Of a DNA stretch of 64,000 nucleotides, positions 62,985-64,000 are shown one piece after another; the stretch's first letter is position 1, and each line of letters opens with the position of its first letter. Made by a program: the position numbers and the translations under genes. Under the pieces are notes generated by a model that saw only the letters and a list, made by a program, of their open reading frames with translations, searched no databases and was not told the origin of the DNA. The DNA is from Acetobacteraceae bacterium (lineage in GTDB: Bacteria > Pseudomonadota > Alphaproteobacteria > Acetobacterales > Acetobacteraceae). The DNA is taken from NCBI GenBank assembly GCA_965199665.1, contig OZ241208.1:3788326-3852325 (forward strand), given 5' to 3'.

Positions 62985-64000
62985 CGCCCGGCATGGCGCC
63001 TACCGGCACGCCCCCCGTTCGCCCGCTCGCGATCACGATGGGGGATGCGTCCGGCATCGGCCCCGAGATCATCGCCAAGACCCTCGCCCACGGCACGGAC
63101 GCGGCCATCGTGTACGGCAGCCAGGTGGTCATGGCGGAGGCGATCCGCCGGCTCGGCCTGGATCTGACGGTCAGGATGATCGCCGATCCCGGGGCGGCGC
63201 AAGCGGAGGCGGGCGTCGTCGAGCTGGTGGAGGTGACGCGGTTCGCCGAGCCGCCGCCGTTGGGCGAGGTCAGCGCGGCTTCCGGTCAGGCCTCGTACGA
63301 CGCGATCGTCGCCGCGATCGCGGCGGCGAAGGCCGGGTCGGTGAGCGGCATCGTGACGGCGCCCATCAACAAGGCGGCGATGGCGCTCGCCGGGATCAAA
63401 TACCCGGGACACACCGAGATCCTGGCCGATTTCGGCGGTGCGCCGCGGGTCGCCATGATGCTGGCCAACGACGACATCCGCACCGTGCTGGTGACGATCC
63501 ACACCTCGCTGCGGATCGCGATCGAGCAGGCGGATTTCGCGGCGCAGATGTCGGCCATCCGGCTGGCGCATGAGGGCGGCCAGGCGCTTGGCGTCGCGGC
63601 GCCGCGGGTGGCGGTCGCCGGGCTCAATCCGCATGCCGGCGAGGGCGGGCTGTTCGGCGACGAGGAGATCCGCATCATCCGGCCGGCGATCGAGGCCGCG
63701 CGCGCCGAGGGCATCGATGCCAGCGGGCCTTGGCCCGGCGACACGGTGTTCATGCAGGCGCGGGCGGGGCGCTTCGACGTCGTGGTGGCGCAGTACCACG
63801 ATCAGGGGCTGATCCCGGTGAAGTATCTCGGGCTGGAGAAGGGCGTGAACATCACGCTCGGCCTGCCGTTCGTCCGCACCAGCCCGGATCACGGCACCGC
63901 GTTCGACATTGCCGGCCAGGGCATCGCCGACCCGGCCTCCCTGCAGACCGCGCTGGCCTATGCCCGCCGCCTCGTCGCCGCGCGGACACTCGCCCCCGCA
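62981..64000 (+). CDS. 4-hydroxythreonine-4-phosphate dehydrogenase (PdxA) family protein, 3' end beyond the window
   Basis: Not in the ORF track because it runs off the edge. GTG 62981 overlaps the SDR stop (GTGA); ATG 62993 is an alternative. Manual translation: …LAITMGDASGIGPEI…TAPINKAA…YPGHTEIL…GLNPHAGEGG…QYHDQGLIPVK…VRTSPDHGTAFDIAG. Confidence 0.85.
   Translation, partial: MTPGMAPTGTPPVRPLAITMGDASGIGPEIIAKTLAHGTDAAIVYGSQVVMAEAIRRLGLDLTVRMIADPGAAQAEAGVVELVEVTRFAEPPPLGEVSAASGQASYDAIVAAIAAAKAGSVSGIVTAPINKAAMALAGIKYPGHTEILADFGGAPRVAMMLANDDIRTVLVTIHTSLRIAIEQADFAAQMSAIRLAHEGGQALGVAAPRVAVAGLNPHAGEGGLFGDEEIRIIRPAIEAARAEGIDASGPWPGDTVFMQARAGRFDVVVAQYHDQGLIPVKYLGLEKGVNITLGLPFVRTSPDHGTAFDIAGQGIADPASLQTALAYARRLVAARTLAPA

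Overview
High-GC (about 70% by eye) alphaproteobacterial-type chromosome segment from an anoxygenic phototroph; the taxon is an inference. I made the gene calls by reading the six-frame track against the DNA. I rejected the many Arg/Gly/Pro-rich antisense ORFs typical of high-GC DNA, and placed starts using SD motifs and ATGA/GTGA/TTGA stop-start overlaps. There are four blocks. (1) 1-13.2 kb holds almost only exported or membrane-anchored proteins of unknown function. These include two distant M48-like metalloprotease paralogs in inverted orientation, DUF2059, DUF3592, SIMPL, Sel1-repeat and PEP-CTERM GDSL-lipase proteins, and translationally coupled hypothetical genes. (2) 13.2-42.1 kb is mostly metabolic or housekeeping. 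It carries orphan family-5 ABC binding proteins, an amidohydrolase, YdjC, an aldo/keto reductase, and a class II CPD photolyase coupled to an inverted-topology (NewPHL-like) photolyase. It also carries ssuCBAD, an 820-aa Ala-rich membrane protein, NRAMP/mntH, nei, a crotonase, an orphan ABC ATPase, SDR/Gfo-Idh-MocA/phbB/FAH genes and an AI-2E transporter with a long C-terminal extension. (3) 42.1-56.3 kb is a compact photosynthesis gene cluster fragment. On the minus strand it reads crtE-crtF-bchCXYZ-pufBALMC plus a tandem-duplicated membrane-anchored dihaem cytochrome c; crtD-crtC diverge on the plus strand. PpsR/CrtJ-type TGT-N12-ACA site pairs lie in both promoter regions, and strong intercistronic puf hairpins are present. 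(4) 56.3-64 kb is metabolic again: DUF1275, a binding protein, DapA-like and IlvD/Edd-like genes, HxlR, an SDR and pdxA-like. The main anomalies are: a ~1 kb low-GC islet (35.37-36.42 kb) with one orphan two-TM protein and no mobility genes; a crtC whose conserved N-terminus has no usable start codon and overlaps the crtD tail; and the coupled operon of uncharacterised envelope proteins. I saw no rRNA, tRNA, CRISPR array, transposase or integrase. All family assignments come from motif recognition by eye, with no database search run.
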